Shown: positions 8,035-16,654 of the stretch, piece after piece | Position numbering within the stretch: the stretch's first letter is position 1 | How the letters are laid out: the number at the start of each line of letters is the position of its first letter | Virus record (IMG/VR): IMGVR_UViG_3300048901_000032 | Location: 1 to 38,194 of that record | Direction: 5' to 3' (one strand) | From: a virus | Taxonomy: Duplodnaviria; Caudoviricetes | DNA length: 38,194 nucleotides | Program-made: the position numbers and the translations under genes | Notes under the pieces: model-generated | What the model was told of the DNA's origin: nothing | The model's database searches: none | What the model saw: only the letters and a program-made list of their open reading frames with translations

Positions 8035-8227
8035 GTGCCCCGAGTCCGGCAAGCACCGGCACGCATCGGCCGAAGCCGCGAAGCGCGAACTGCGCAAGGT
8101 ATCGGACAAAGGGCTGCAGCAGATTTACCGCTGCCCGCATTGTGCGTCGTGGCATATCAGCCACGGCCGGGTCACGCAGAAGGCCAAGGCGCTCAAGCGT
8201 CGGCGCCTGCTGCCGAAGGAGGATTGA
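8018..8227 (+). CDS. Small basic zinc-binding protein
   Basis: CPESGK...H...YRCPHCASWHI motif; AAAGGT RBS. Confidence 0.7.
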   Translation: MPTSGKCPESGKHRHASAEAAKRELRKVSDKGLQQIYRCPHCASWHISHGRVTQKAKALKRRRLLPKED

Positions 8228-8526
8228 TGCCTTTGCAACCTCGCTGCATCGTGCCGACCAAACAGCAGCGCAATCGTAAGCGCCTGGCTGAACGTGGCGG
8301 CCGTCAGAGCAGCTTCGCGCTGTGCTGGACCACGAACGAAGCCCTGGACCTGATCTGCGAGCGCCTGCTGATCACTCGGCGGGATGCGCTCGAGCTCGCG
8401 GTGCTGGCCGCGGCGATCCGCATTGATACGATCGACCACTCGTTAGTGGAACTGCTAAAAACAGCGCGGGACTACCGCTGCAGCGTCGTGGAGCTCCGGC
8501 ATCTGGACGGGCTGGGGTTGAAGTGA
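8227..8526 (+). CDS. Hypothetical protein, possibly ribbon-helix-helix DNA-binding
   Basis: GGAGG RBS; TGATG overlap; basic N-terminus KQQRNRKRLAERGG followed by strand-helix-helix. Confidence 0.55.
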   Translation: MPLQPRCIVPTKQQRNRKRLAERGGRQSSFALCWTTNEALDLICERLLITRRDALELAVLAAAIRIDTIDHSLVELLKTARDYRCSVVELRHLDGLGLK

Positions 8527-8696
8527 CCGCCCATAAACTGCCCGGCGCCAAGCTGCTGCACCGCTTCCGCACGCCAGTGCTCGCCATGACCATCTACGAG
8601 GGCCGACTGATCGTGCTCACCGAGGCGGGCGCGTACCGCTTTTCCAAGTCGATGAAGTCGGTACGCAAGATCAAACCACTGCCCTTGTCCTCCTGA
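8523..8696 (+). CDS. Hypothetical protein (57 aa, MTAHKLPGAKLLHRFRTPVLAMTIYEGRLIVLTEAGAY...)
   Basis: Translated by hand; GTGA overlap; GC3-rich codons. Confidence 0.5.
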   Translation: MTAHKLPGAKLLHRFRTPVLAMTIYEGRLIVLTEAGAYRFSKSMKSVRKIKPLPLSS

Positions 8697-8714
8697 CCCT
8701 TGCGGGTGTAGTGT
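8685..8714 (+). promoter_or_regulatory. Putative late-region promoter
   Basis: TTGTCC-N18-TAGTGT; shares GCGGGTGTAG with the 3893 promoter; precedes the packaging operon. Confidence 0.4.
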
Positions 8715-8746
8715 GCGAGCCATCGCTCGCCGGGGGACTGTTCGCC

Positions 8747-8986
8747 ATGTGCCTACCCAGTGGTTTCTTCAACCCCAACCCGCTGAAGAACATGAAGGCC
8801 ACGACCCAGCTCGCGGTCAAGGCGACCAAGTGGGGCCAGGATGCGGGTACCAAGGCCACGCAGGCCAGCCTGGACATGACCCGCAAGGGCGCGGCGATGG
8901 GCGTGCAAGCCGCCCAGCAGGGGACCAACCTCGGGCTCAATGCCGGCGCCAAGCCGTTCAACACGTTCCTGGGCGGCGGCGGTTAA
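8747..8986 (+). CDS. Small Met-Cys-initiated amphipathic protein (possible minor virion protein)
   Basis: GGGGGA RBS; strong codon bias; 11-residue periodicity in a Lys/Ala/Thr/Gly/Gln-rich sequence. Confidence 0.7.
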   Translation: MCLPSGFFNPNPLKNMKATTQLAVKATKWGQDAGTKATQASLDMTRKGAAMGVQAAQQGTNLGLNAGAKPFNTFLGGGG

Positions 8987-9007
8987 TCCTTTCCTTTGAG
9001 TGTCGCC

Positions 9008-10348
9008 ATGCCCCCCGCTGACGGTTCAATGCTCCACGTATACAAAAGCTCGCCGGTCGACGCCTTGACCCCGTATCCGGGCAATGCACGTACCCATTCC
9101 GAGGCGCAGGTCGAGCAGATTGCGACGTCCATCTGCGAGTTCGGCTTCACCAATCCGGTGCTCATCGATCCGTCCGGGCATGTCATTGCTGGGCACGGAC
9201 GCTTGCTCGCGGCCAAGCTGCTCAAGATGCCCACCGTGCCCACGCTCACCCTGCCGCCCATGACGGAAACCCAGCGGCGGGCGTTGATCCTGGCCGACAA
9301 CAAGCTGGCGATGAATGCCGGCTGGGACAACGACAAGCTGCGCTTTGAACTGTCGGCGCTGGAGGTGGAAGGCTTCGACCTGGAGATTCTGGGCTGGTCG
9401 CCGGAGGAACTGGCCGACCTGTACACGGTGTCGAGCGGTGGCGGCGATCCAAACGACTGCCCGTCCTTGCGTCCGGTGTCCCGTTCGCAGCTGGGGGACT
9501 GCTGGGTGCTGGGGCCGCACCGCGTCGTGGTTGGCGACTGCCGGGAGCAGCCGGCATGGGACTTGCTGATGGGCAAGGAACGGGCGGACATCTGCTGGAC
9601 CGATCTGCCCTACAACGTCGACTACGAGTCGGCGGCCGGCAAAATCCAGAACGACAAGATGTCGGCGTCGGACTTCGTCGAGTTCCTGCGCCTAGCTTTC
9701 GTGGGCATCTACCATGTGCTCAAGGCGGGCGGGGCCTGCTATGTCTGCCATGCCGACACCGAAGGGCTGGGCGTGCGGACGGCATTCGGGGCCGCGGGCT
9801 TCAAGCTCTCGGGCTGCCTGATCTGGAAGAAGGACGCGCTGGTGTTGGGGCGTTCGGACTACCAGTGGATCCACGAACCGATCCTGTATGGCTGGAAGCC
9901 GGGCGCAAAGCATCGCTGGCATGGCGGTCGCAAGAACACGACCATCACCGAGCTCGGCGCCGGCTCCCCGTTCACCGCGCTGCCGGATGGCCGCTGGCAG
10001 GTGACGATCGGGAACCAGATGTTCATCGTCGATGCGCTGGCCACAGTCGAGCAGCTGGTGCCGTCGTTGCTCGAAGAGCCCCGGCCCAAGCGCAGCACCG
10101 AGCATCCGACGATGAAACCGGTGGAGCTGGTCGAGCGGATGCTGATCAACAGCTCGCGCGCCGGCGACATCGTGGTGGACCCGTTCGGCGGCGCCGGCTC
10201 GACGCTGGTCGCGGCCGAGCGCCTGAATATGTCCGCGCGGCTGATGGAACTGGACCCGCACTACGCCGATGTCATCATCCGGCGCTGGCAAGCCTTGTCC
10301 GGCCGGTCCGCCGTGCGGGCGGGCTCGGACGAGACGTTCGGAGACTGA
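9008..10348 (+). CDS. ParB-like N-terminal domain fused to an N4/N6 DNA methyltransferase
   Basis: PYPGNARTHS...EFGFTNPVLID...IAGHGRLLAA (ParB); TDLPYN, HPTMKPVEL, DPFGGAGST, ELDPHY (beta-class MTase). The start may be 9029. Confidence 0.92.
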   Translation: MPPADGSMLHVYKSSPVDALTPYPGNARTHSEAQVEQIATSICEFGFTNPVLIDPSGHVIAGHGRLLAAKLLKMPTVPTLTLPPMTETQRRALILADNKLAMNAGWDNDKLRFELSALEVEGFDLEILGWSPEELADLYTVSSGGGDPNDCPSLRPVSRSQLGDCWVLGPHRVVVGDCREQPAWDLLMGKERADICWTDLPYNVDYESAAGKIQNDKMSASDFVEFLRLAFVGIYHVLKAGGACYVCHADTEGLGVRTAFGAAGFKLSGCLIWKKDALVLGRSDYQWIHEPILYGWKPGAKHRWHGGRKNTTITELGAGSPFTALPDGRWQVTIGNQMFIVDALATVEQLVPSLLEEPRPKRSTEHPTMKPVELVERMLINSSRAGDIVVDPFGGAGSTLVAAERLNMSARLMELDPHYADVIIRRWQALSGRSAVRAGSDETFGD

Positions 10349-10350
10349 CC

Positions 10351-10761
10351 GTGGCGCAGGAGCCGCATGTACCGACACCGGCCTCGATCTCTCTGGTCGA
10401 AACAGCCGCGGGCCTGGGCTTGCCGCAGGACATGATCTGTCTGCTGGTGGGCGTCAGCAAGAAAACGCTCTATGTCCACTACCGGGACGACCCGGTGATC
10501 GGCAACGTGCTGGACAAGGGCAAGGCCAAGGCCGTGTTCGAAGTTGCTAAGACGCTGTTCCAGCGGGCGACGACCGGGAAAGACCTGGGCGCGGCGATCT
10601 TCTACCTCAAAGCCCAGGCCGGCTGGCGCGAAAAGCACGTGCTCGATGATCCGGAAACCCGCAAGGGCCTGGCCGAGCTGATTGCCTTGTCGGGCCTGTC
10701 GTCGACGCCGCCCCCGCCAGACGCTTACGTGGAACCGGATAAACCGGCAACGCGGCAATGA
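10351..10761 (+). CDS. terS: Terminase small subunit
   Basis: HTH GLPQDMICLLVGVSKKTLYVHY; LFQRA..G.D..AAIFYLKAQAGWRE; GGAG RBS with GTG start; ATGA overlap with terL. Confidence 0.8.
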   Translation: MAQEPHVPTPASISLVETAAGLGLPQDMICLLVGVSKKTLYVHYRDDPVIGNVLDKGKAKAVFEVAKTLFQRATTGKDLGAAIFYLKAQAGWREKHVLDDPETRKGLAELIALSGLSSTPPPPDAYVEPDKPATRQ

Positions 10762-12224
10762 TCGACGACGTGCCGGACACGGACAAGGTCGCCGGCGACA
10801 AGCTGAAACTGTGGCGGGAAAAGCCCCAGGTGATGGTGCGGGAACTGTTCGGCGCGACGCCGGACCCGTGGCAGGACGAGGACTTGGACGCCTTCCCGCA
10901 TACCCAGCGGTACGCGGCCAAGGCATGCAAGGGGCCGGGCAAGTCGACGCTGCTGTCGTGGATGGGCTGGAACTTCCTGCTGTGCTACCCGTTTCCAAAC
11001 TGCGCGGCGATCTCGATCTCCGGGGATAACCTCAAGGATGGCCTGTGGAAGGAGATGGCGAAGTGGTACCAGCGGTCGCCGTTGCTGCAGGACATCTTTG
11101 CCGTCAACTCCGAGCGCATCTACTGCCGGGAACACAAGGACACCTGGTTCATGTCGGCGCGCACCTGGTCGCAGACCGCGAACAAGGAGCAGCAAGCTAA
11201 CGCGCTGGCCGGCTTCCATGCCGACTACCTGCTGTACCTGATCGACGAGGCGGGCGGCATTCCGGATGGCGTGGTGTCGGCGGCCGAGGCGGCCCTAGCG
11301 ACCGGCATCGTCACGAAGATGGCAATGGCCGGCAACCCGACCCATCTGTCCGGTCCGCTGTACCGGGCCTCGACCCGCGATGCCGGGCTGTGGCGCCTGC
11401 GTGAAATCACCGGCGATCCAGACGATCCGTTGCGCACGCCGCGCGTGTCGATCGAGTGGGCACGGCAGATGATTGCGAAGGACGGGCGCGATAACCCGTG
11501 GGTGATGGTGAACGTGCTCGGGAAGTTCCCGCCGTTCTCCTTCAATGCCTTGCTCGGTCCGGACGACGTGTCGGCGGCAATGGGCCGGCATATCCCGCTG
11601 GCGCAGTACATCAAGGCGGCGAAGGTGCTGGGCGTGGACGTGGCGCGGTACGGCTCGGACTCGTCGGTCATCTTTCCCCGGCAGGGCATTGCCTTCCTGG
11701 AACCGAAGCAGTTACGCAACGTCGACAGCCTGCAGGGTGCCGGCCAGGTCGCGCGCAAGTGGAGCGATTGGGAGGCTGATGCCTGCTTCGTCGACAACAC
11801 CGGCGGCTACGGGGCGGGCTGGATCGACCAGTTGGTGGCGCTCGGGCGTAACCCGATCGGGATCGGCTTCGCCACGCAAGCCGCGGACGGGCGCTTCTTC
11901 AACAAGCGCGCGGAGATGGCGTGGGCGCTGGCCGAGGCGATCAAGTCCGGCACGGCGCTACCCGACATTCCAGAAATGCGCGGCGAGCTGGTCGCGCTGA
12001 CTTACACCTTCAAGGGCGACAAGATCATCCTGGCGGACAAGGAGCAGATTCGCGCCGAGATCGGGCGCTCGCCGGACTTCACCGACGCGGCGATGCTGAC
12101 CTATGCCCAGCCGGTGCAGGCGGCATGGACGCTGGAACGCCAGCAGTTGCAGTCGCAATTGGATGGCAGCACGTTCTTGCGTGCAGTCGTTGAGCGTTCG
12201 GACGAGGACCGCTACTCGCGCTGA
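10758..12224 (+). CDS. terL: Terminase large subunit
   Basis: PDPWQ, Walker A CKGPGKS, Walker B YLIDEA, GNPT coupling motif, nuclease GVDVARYGSD and SPDFTDA. Confidence 0.95.
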   Translation: MIDDVPDTDKVAGDKLKLWREKPQVMVRELFGATPDPWQDEDLDAFPHTQRYAAKACKGPGKSTLLSWMGWNFLLCYPFPNCAAISISGDNLKDGLWKEMAKWYQRSPLLQDIFAVNSERIYCREHKDTWFMSARTWSQTANKEQQANALAGFHADYLLYLIDEAGGIPDGVVSAAEAALATGIVTKMAMAGNPTHLSGPLYRASTRDAGLWRLREITGDPDDPLRTPRVSIEWARQMIAKDGRDNPWVMVNVLGKFPPFSFNALLGPDDVSAAMGRHIPLAQYIKAAKVLGVDVARYGSDSSVIFPRQGIAFLEPKQLRNVDSLQGAGQVARKWSDWEADACFVDNTGGYGAGWIDQLVALGRNPIGIGFATQAADGRFFNKRAEMAWALAEAIKSGTALPDIPEMRGELVALTYTFKGDKIILADKEQIRAEIGRSPDFTDAAMLTYAQPVQAAWTLERQQLQSQLDGSTFLRAVVERSDEDRYSR

Positions 12225-12427
12225 TGTGCGGGCTTCTGCCTTCGGGCACCGTCCTCGCTGTCCGACGGGATACCGGAACCATGCCGGTATCGTGATGCGC
12301 GTAGGCAGGGGAGTGCCTGATCGCGACGCGCGGCTGTCAGTCTGGGGAGAACGACGGGCCGCAACGAAACACTACACGTTGTGTGGCGGGGTTGCAATGA
12401 CCCCAGATGTGCGGATAGCCTCGCGCA
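12225..12427 (+). ncRNA. Candidate structured non-coding RNA (multi-way junction)
   Basis: Nearly the whole intergenic region pairs into five abutting hairpin arms, including a cUUCGg tetraloop, closed by a terminal helix. I do not recognise a family, and strand is assumed from the operon. Confidence 0.5.
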
Positions 12428-12455
12428 AACCTGCAGGGGGGATGCCGTCATCTGT

Positions 12456-12671
12456 ATGAGTAAACCCAAGCTCCCGCCGGCACCGACCATGCCGACGGTG
12501 ATTTCCCCGCAGATCATCGATCAAGCGGCCCTCGATACCCGTAACCGTGAACGTCGTCGCCAGGCCAGCAAGTACGGCCTGAACGCGACGATCCTCGCCG
12601 GTTCCCTGGGCGGGGCGAGTGGCGGCACCGAGCCGCCGACCACGCCGACCAAGTCGCTGCTCGGATCCTGA
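12456..12671 (+). CDS. Small virion-associated protein preceding the portal (T7 gp6.7/7.3-like position)
   Basis: MSKPKLPPAP...RRRQASKYGLNATILAG...KSLLGS; TGATG overlap with the portal. The start could be ATC at 12450. Confidence 0.8.
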   Translation: MSKPKLPPAPTMPTVISPQIIDQAALDTRNRERRRQASKYGLNATILAGSLGGASGGTEPPTTPTKSLLGS

Positions 12672-14470
12672 TGGCCGCGGTCCTCAAAACAGCCCCGCCC
12701 GATTCGATCACGCCGATCCGGCCGGAAACCGAACGCGCGCGGATGCTCGCGCGGCTGGCCGAGATCAACAAGGCCAAGCAGGCGCCAGAGCCGGTGCTGC
12801 GCGATATCCAGCAGCACATTGCTCCCTACCGGGGACGCTTCCAGTCGGAAACCCAAGGCCAGCGCGGTCAGCGCAAGGGCCTGAAGGTGATCAACAACAC
12901 CGCCGGCCGGTCGATGAAAATTCTGTCGTCGGGCCTGATGGCGGGCCTGACGTCACCGGGCCGGCCGTGGTTCAAGCTGATGACGCATGATCCGGACCTG
13001 TCGGAGTTCACCCCGGTCCGGGCCTGGCTGGACGATGTCGCGCGGGTCATGCGCACGTCGTTTGCCCACTCCAACCTCTACAACGTGCTGCCGTCGGTCT
13101 ATGGCGAGCTCGGCCCGTTCGGCACCACGGCCCTGCTGCAGATCGAGGACGCGCAGTCGATCTTCCGGTTCTACCCGTTCACGATCGGTTCGTTTGCCAT
13201 TGCCCAGGACGACCGCCTGGTCGTCGATACCTTCGCCCGCGAGTACACCGCCACGGTCCGGCAATTGGCCGCGCGCTTCGGCACCGACAACCTGTCCAAT
13301 TCCGCGCTCAACAGCTGGCGGCAGGGCAAGCTCGAGGCCGAGGTCACGTGCGTGCACATGATCCAGCCCAACCTCGAGCAGAACACGCGCGGCTTCGGCT
13401 ACGTGAAGATGCCGATCCTTGAGCAGTATTGGGAGAAGTCCAGCGACAAGCCCGGCCCGCTGATGCGCTCGGGCTACCAGGAGCGGGCGCTGTATGTCCC
13501 GCGCTGGGACGTGACCGGCGACGACTTGTGGGGCACGGGCATCGGCCACGATATCCTGGGCGACGTCAAGCAGCTGCAGTTCTTGGAACGGCGCAAGGAG
13601 GATGTGCTCGACAAGCACACGGCGCCCCCGCTCGAGGCCGGCGTGGAGTTGCGCGGCAAGCGTCTGTCGCTGCTTTCGGGCGATGTGACCTACACCAACC
13701 CGTCGCTCACCGGTGGCGCGACCATTCGCCCGATCGTGGAAACCTCGCCGCAGGCGTACCAATACGCCGCCGAGGATATCCGCGAGCTGATGACCCGCAT
13801 CCGGTCGGCTTGCTACGAGGACTTGTTCCTCATGCTGGCGAACGACACCCGCTCGGGCATCACCGCCCGCGAGGTCGAGGAACGGCACCAGGAGAAGATG
13901 CTGGTGCTGGGTCCGGTGCTGGAACGACTCAACGAGGAGCTGTTCGATCCGATGATCGACCGCACCTTCGCGATCCTGCAGCGGCAGTCAAAGCCGATCT
14001 GGGAGGGTAAGCTGGCCGGCGTGGCGCTGTTGCCACCCCCGCCCAAGGATATCCAAGACCAGGACTTGCGGGTCGAGTACACGTCGATCCTGGCGCAGGC
14101 GGCCAAGGCCACCAGCACGACGTCGCTGGTCGCGTTCGGGCAATTCGTCGGCGGCATGGGTCAGGCCAAGCTGGCCGCGCAGCAGGCGGGTCTGGACGAC
14201 AAGGTCAATTGGGACCAGCTGATCGACGAGTACGCCGATTCGCAGGGCATTCCGAGCCGGGTCATTGTCTCGGACGATGTCGTGGCGCAGTCGCGCGACG
14301 CCAAGGACAAGCAGGCCAAGCTGATGCAACTGGCGCAGATGGCGCCGGTGGCGAAGGACTTGGCCGGGGCCGCGAAGGACGCCGCCGGCGCGGTTCCGCA
14401 GGACGGTAGCGTGCTGTCGAACATTGCCAGTGCCATGCCGACCGGCGCACTTGGGTTGCCTGGCACATGA
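12671..14470 (+). CDS. Portal (head-to-tail connector; T7 gp8/Bbp21 family)
   Basis: LSSGLMAGLTSPGRPWF, HSNLY, FGT, PRW...GDDLWGTG, ITAREVEERHQEKMLVLGPVLERL. Confidence 0.95.
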   Translation: MAAVLKTAPPDSITPIRPETERARMLARLAEINKAKQAPEPVLRDIQQHIAPYRGRFQSETQGQRGQRKGLKVINNTAGRSMKILSSGLMAGLTSPGRPWFKLMTHDPDLSEFTPVRAWLDDVARVMRTSFAHSNLYNVLPSVYGELGPFGTTALLQIEDAQSIFRFYPFTIGSFAIAQDDRLVVDTFAREYTATVRQLAARFGTDNLSNSALNSWRQGKLEAEVTCVHMIQPNLEQNTRGFGYVKMPILEQYWEKSSDKPGPLMRSGYQERALYVPRWDVTGDDLWGTGIGHDILGDVKQLQFLERRKEDVLDKHTAPPLEAGVELRGKRLSLLSGDVTYTNPSLTGGATIRPIVETSPQAYQYAAEDIRELMTRIRSACYEDLFLMLANDTRSGITAREVEERHQEKMLVLGPVLERLNEELFDPMIDRTFAILQRQSKPIWEGKLAGVALLPPPPKDIQDQDLRVEYTSILAQAAKATSTTSLVAFGQFVGGMGQAKLAAQQAGLDDKVNWDQLIDEYADSQGIPSRVIVSDDVVAQSRDAKDKQAKLMQLAQMAPVAKDLAGAAKDAAGAVPQDGSVLSNIASAMPTGALGLPGT

Positions 14471-14811
14471 GCAACGCCAACGACCGCCGGCAAGTGGAAG
14501 CCGCGACCCGACGCGAGAAGGGTCTGCGCACCACCGAGCTCGACGAAGTTCGGTGGTTGATGTCGGAACCGCTGGGACGGGCGCTGGCCTACCGCGTGCT
14601 CGAACGTACCGGCGCCGAGGCCGTGGTGCCGTTCACCGCCAACGCGATGAATCTGGCACGCGATGTCGGCGTGCAGAGTGTGGGCTTCTGGCTGCTGGGC
14701 GAGATTCGCGCCGGCTGTCCGGAGAAGGAAACCATCATGCGGCTCGAAGCCGCCGACCGGGCGCGACGCGCCGATCTTCAAGACGAGGTAGATAATGAAC
14801 ATGGCAACTGA
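14467..14811 (+). CDS. Bbp19-like head-associated protein
   Basis: Lies between portal and scaffold; VRWLMSEPLGR...F.....A...GVQSVGFWL pattern. Confidence 0.75.
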   Translation: MSNANDRRQVEAATRREKGLRTTELDEVRWLMSEPLGRALAYRVLERTGAEAVVPFTANAMNLARDVGVQSVGFWLLGEIRAGCPEKETIMRLEAADRARRADLQDEVDNEHGN

Positions 14812-15556
14812 TCAAGCCGGCGCCACCGCCAATGTGGACGCCAGTGGCACTCAGGGCAGTGTGGCTGCACCTGCGAGCGTGGACGGGAAAGGGGCCGAGG
14901 GCCTGGCTTCCGGAAGCGACGGGGCGGCAGCGAGCGGTACGGAACAGCAGGCCGATCTGGCCGGGAAAGAGGGCGCTAGCACTGAGGGTGCGGCGGCCAA
15001 GACTCCCGAGCAGATCGCGGCGGAAGCGGATGCGGCGAAAGCCGCCGAAGCCAATGCCGGGGCCCCGGAGGTCTATGCGGATTTCGTCATGCCCGAAGGC
15101 TTGACGCTGGATCCGGAGCTGACGACTGACTTCAAGGAGATCGCGAAAGCGGACAACTTGTCGCAGGAGAAGGCTCAGAAATACGTCGATGCCGCCAGCA
15201 AGCTGGTGCAAAAGACGATCAAGACCTTCCAGGACCAGCACGCCGAACGTATCGCGCAATGGGCAGAGCAGGTGAAGGCCGACCCCGTGGTGGGCGGCCG
15301 GAATTACGAATCGAATATCAAAGATGCCTTGGCGGTCGTCGGTGAGTATGGCGACGCGGAACTCAAGGAGACATTCGACACGTATGGCTTGGGCAACAAC
15401 CCGGCGATCATCCGTTTCGTTCATCGGATCGCACAATCGATGAAAGAGGGCGGGTTCGTACACGGGAAGGGCCGCGAGCAGCCGGGGGCTCCTGTCAATA
15501 AAGAGCAGGCGTTGGCCAAGCGTATCGAAGCCGAGCAGGCTCGCAACAAAGCCTAA
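14795..15556 (+). CDS. Capsid scaffolding protein
   Basis: Acidic, Ala-rich N-terminus; APEVYADFVMPEG, LSQEKAQK, W...KADPVVGG, GLGNNPAIIRF. The start may be 14801. Confidence 0.85.
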   Translation: MNMATDQAGATANVDASGTQGSVAAPASVDGKGAEGLASGSDGAAASGTEQQADLAGKEGASTEGAAAKTPEQIAAEADAAKAAEANAGAPEVYADFVMPEGLTLDPELTTDFKEIAKADNLSQEKAQKYVDAASKLVQKTIKTFQDQHAERIAQWAEQVKADPVVGGRNYESNIKDALAVVGEYGDAELKETFDTYGLGNNPAIIRFVHRIAQSMKEGGFVHGKGREQPGAPVNKEQALAKRIEAEQARNKA

Positions 15557-15585
15557 AACCCCATTCCCTTTAGAGAGAACCGATC

Positions 15586-16593
15586 ATGTCTACCCTCGGC
15601 GCAAATTATCCGACCCTCCTGGAAGTCTCCAAGGAGTTCGGCGTCAACGGCGAACCGTTGGCGATCGCGGAAATGCTGTCCCAAAACAACGAGGCCCTCG
15701 ACGACATTCCGTGGATCGAGGCCAATTCCACCGCGGGTCACCGCTTGGCGATCGAGTCCGGTCTGCCTGAAGCCGTGTACCGCAAGCTCAACGCCGGCAT
15801 CCTGCCGTCGAAGGGCACCACCACCGACGTCACCGAGGGCATGGGTTCGCTGACCAGCCTCGGCAAGGTCGACAAGCTGCTCGCCGACATTTCCGGCAAC
15901 GCCGCCATTTATCGCCTGCGCAAGAACAAGCGGCACATGGAAGCGATGAACCAGAAGTTCATGCAGACCCTGTTCTACGGCGACACCAATTCGCTGCCGG
16001 AGTCCTTTCTCGGCCTGGCGCCGCGGTATTCCGACATCGGCTCGGGCTCGCCGGAAAACTCCCGCCAGATCATCGATGCCAGCGGTACCGGCTCGGACAA
16101 CATGAGCATCTGGCTCGTCAAGTGGGGCCCGGGCGGCGTGCAGGGCATCTACCCGAAGGGCTCGCAGGCTGGCCTGGTCCATCGTGACTACGGCGAAGAG
16201 CTATGCGTGGCGCCCGATGGCACCGGCGAGCTGCCGATGTACCGCGACTGGTTCGAGTGGAACGGCGGCATCGCGGTCGAGGACTGGCGCAACATCGTGC
16301 GCATCTGCAACATCGATGCGTCCGACCTGACCAAGAACGCCGCGACCGGCGCCGATCTGGTGGACCTGATGATCCAGGCCGCCGAACTGATCGGTGGCGA
16401 CAGCGACGACGACAGCCGCCTGGTGTGGTACGTCCCGCGTCGCGTGCGCTCGTTCCTGCGTCGGCAGATGCTCAACAAGTCGAACGTCTGGATCACCGAC
16501 GGCGAGATCAGTGGTCGGCGCGTGACCATGTTCGACCGCAAGCCGCTGCGCGCGGTCGACCGGTTGCTCAAGACCGAAGCCCGCATCGTTTAA
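15586..16593 (+). CDS. Major capsid protein (Bbp17-like)
   Basis: IAEMLSQNNEALDDIPWIEAN, LFYGD....PESFLGLAPRY, SIWLVKWG, GIAVEDWRNIVRICNID, LLKTEARIV. Confidence 0.93.
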   Translation: MSTLGANYPTLLEVSKEFGVNGEPLAIAEMLSQNNEALDDIPWIEANSTAGHRLAIESGLPEAVYRKLNAGILPSKGTTTDVTEGMGSLTSLGKVDKLLADISGNAAIYRLRKNKRHMEAMNQKFMQTLFYGDTNSLPESFLGLAPRYSDIGSGSPENSRQIIDASGTGSDNMSIWLVKWGPGGVQGIYPKGSQAGLVHRDYGEELCVAPDGTGELPMYRDWFEWNGGIAVEDWRNIVRICNIDASDLTKNAATGADLVDLMIQAAELIGGDSDDDSRLVWYVPRRVRSFLRRQMLNKSNVWITDGEISGRRVTMFDRKPLRAVDRLLKTEARIV

Positions 16594-16606
16594 TCCGCCT
16601 GACACT

Positions 16607-16625
16607 GCGCTCCTAACCCGAGCGC
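16607..16625 (+). terminator. Hairpin after the capsid gene (weak terminator or stabiliser)
   Basis: GCGCTC-N7-GAGCGC followed by a pyrimidine tract. Confidence 0.35.
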
Positions 16626-16654
16626 GGTTCCCTTCCTTACCGAGAGATACGACC

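Noticed and set aside
12221-12370. Hammerhead ribozyme or tRNA in the structured region
   Set aside because: CTGAT and GAAAC occur but not as CUGANGA-stem-GAAA; no T-loop or cloverleaf geometry.
12224-12459. Chain of small ORFs (23 aa at 12224-12295 and 54 aa at 12295-12459) with stop/start overlaps
   Set aside because: Atypical codon usage and no protein features; RNA structure explains the region better. Leader-peptide coupling cannot be excluded.
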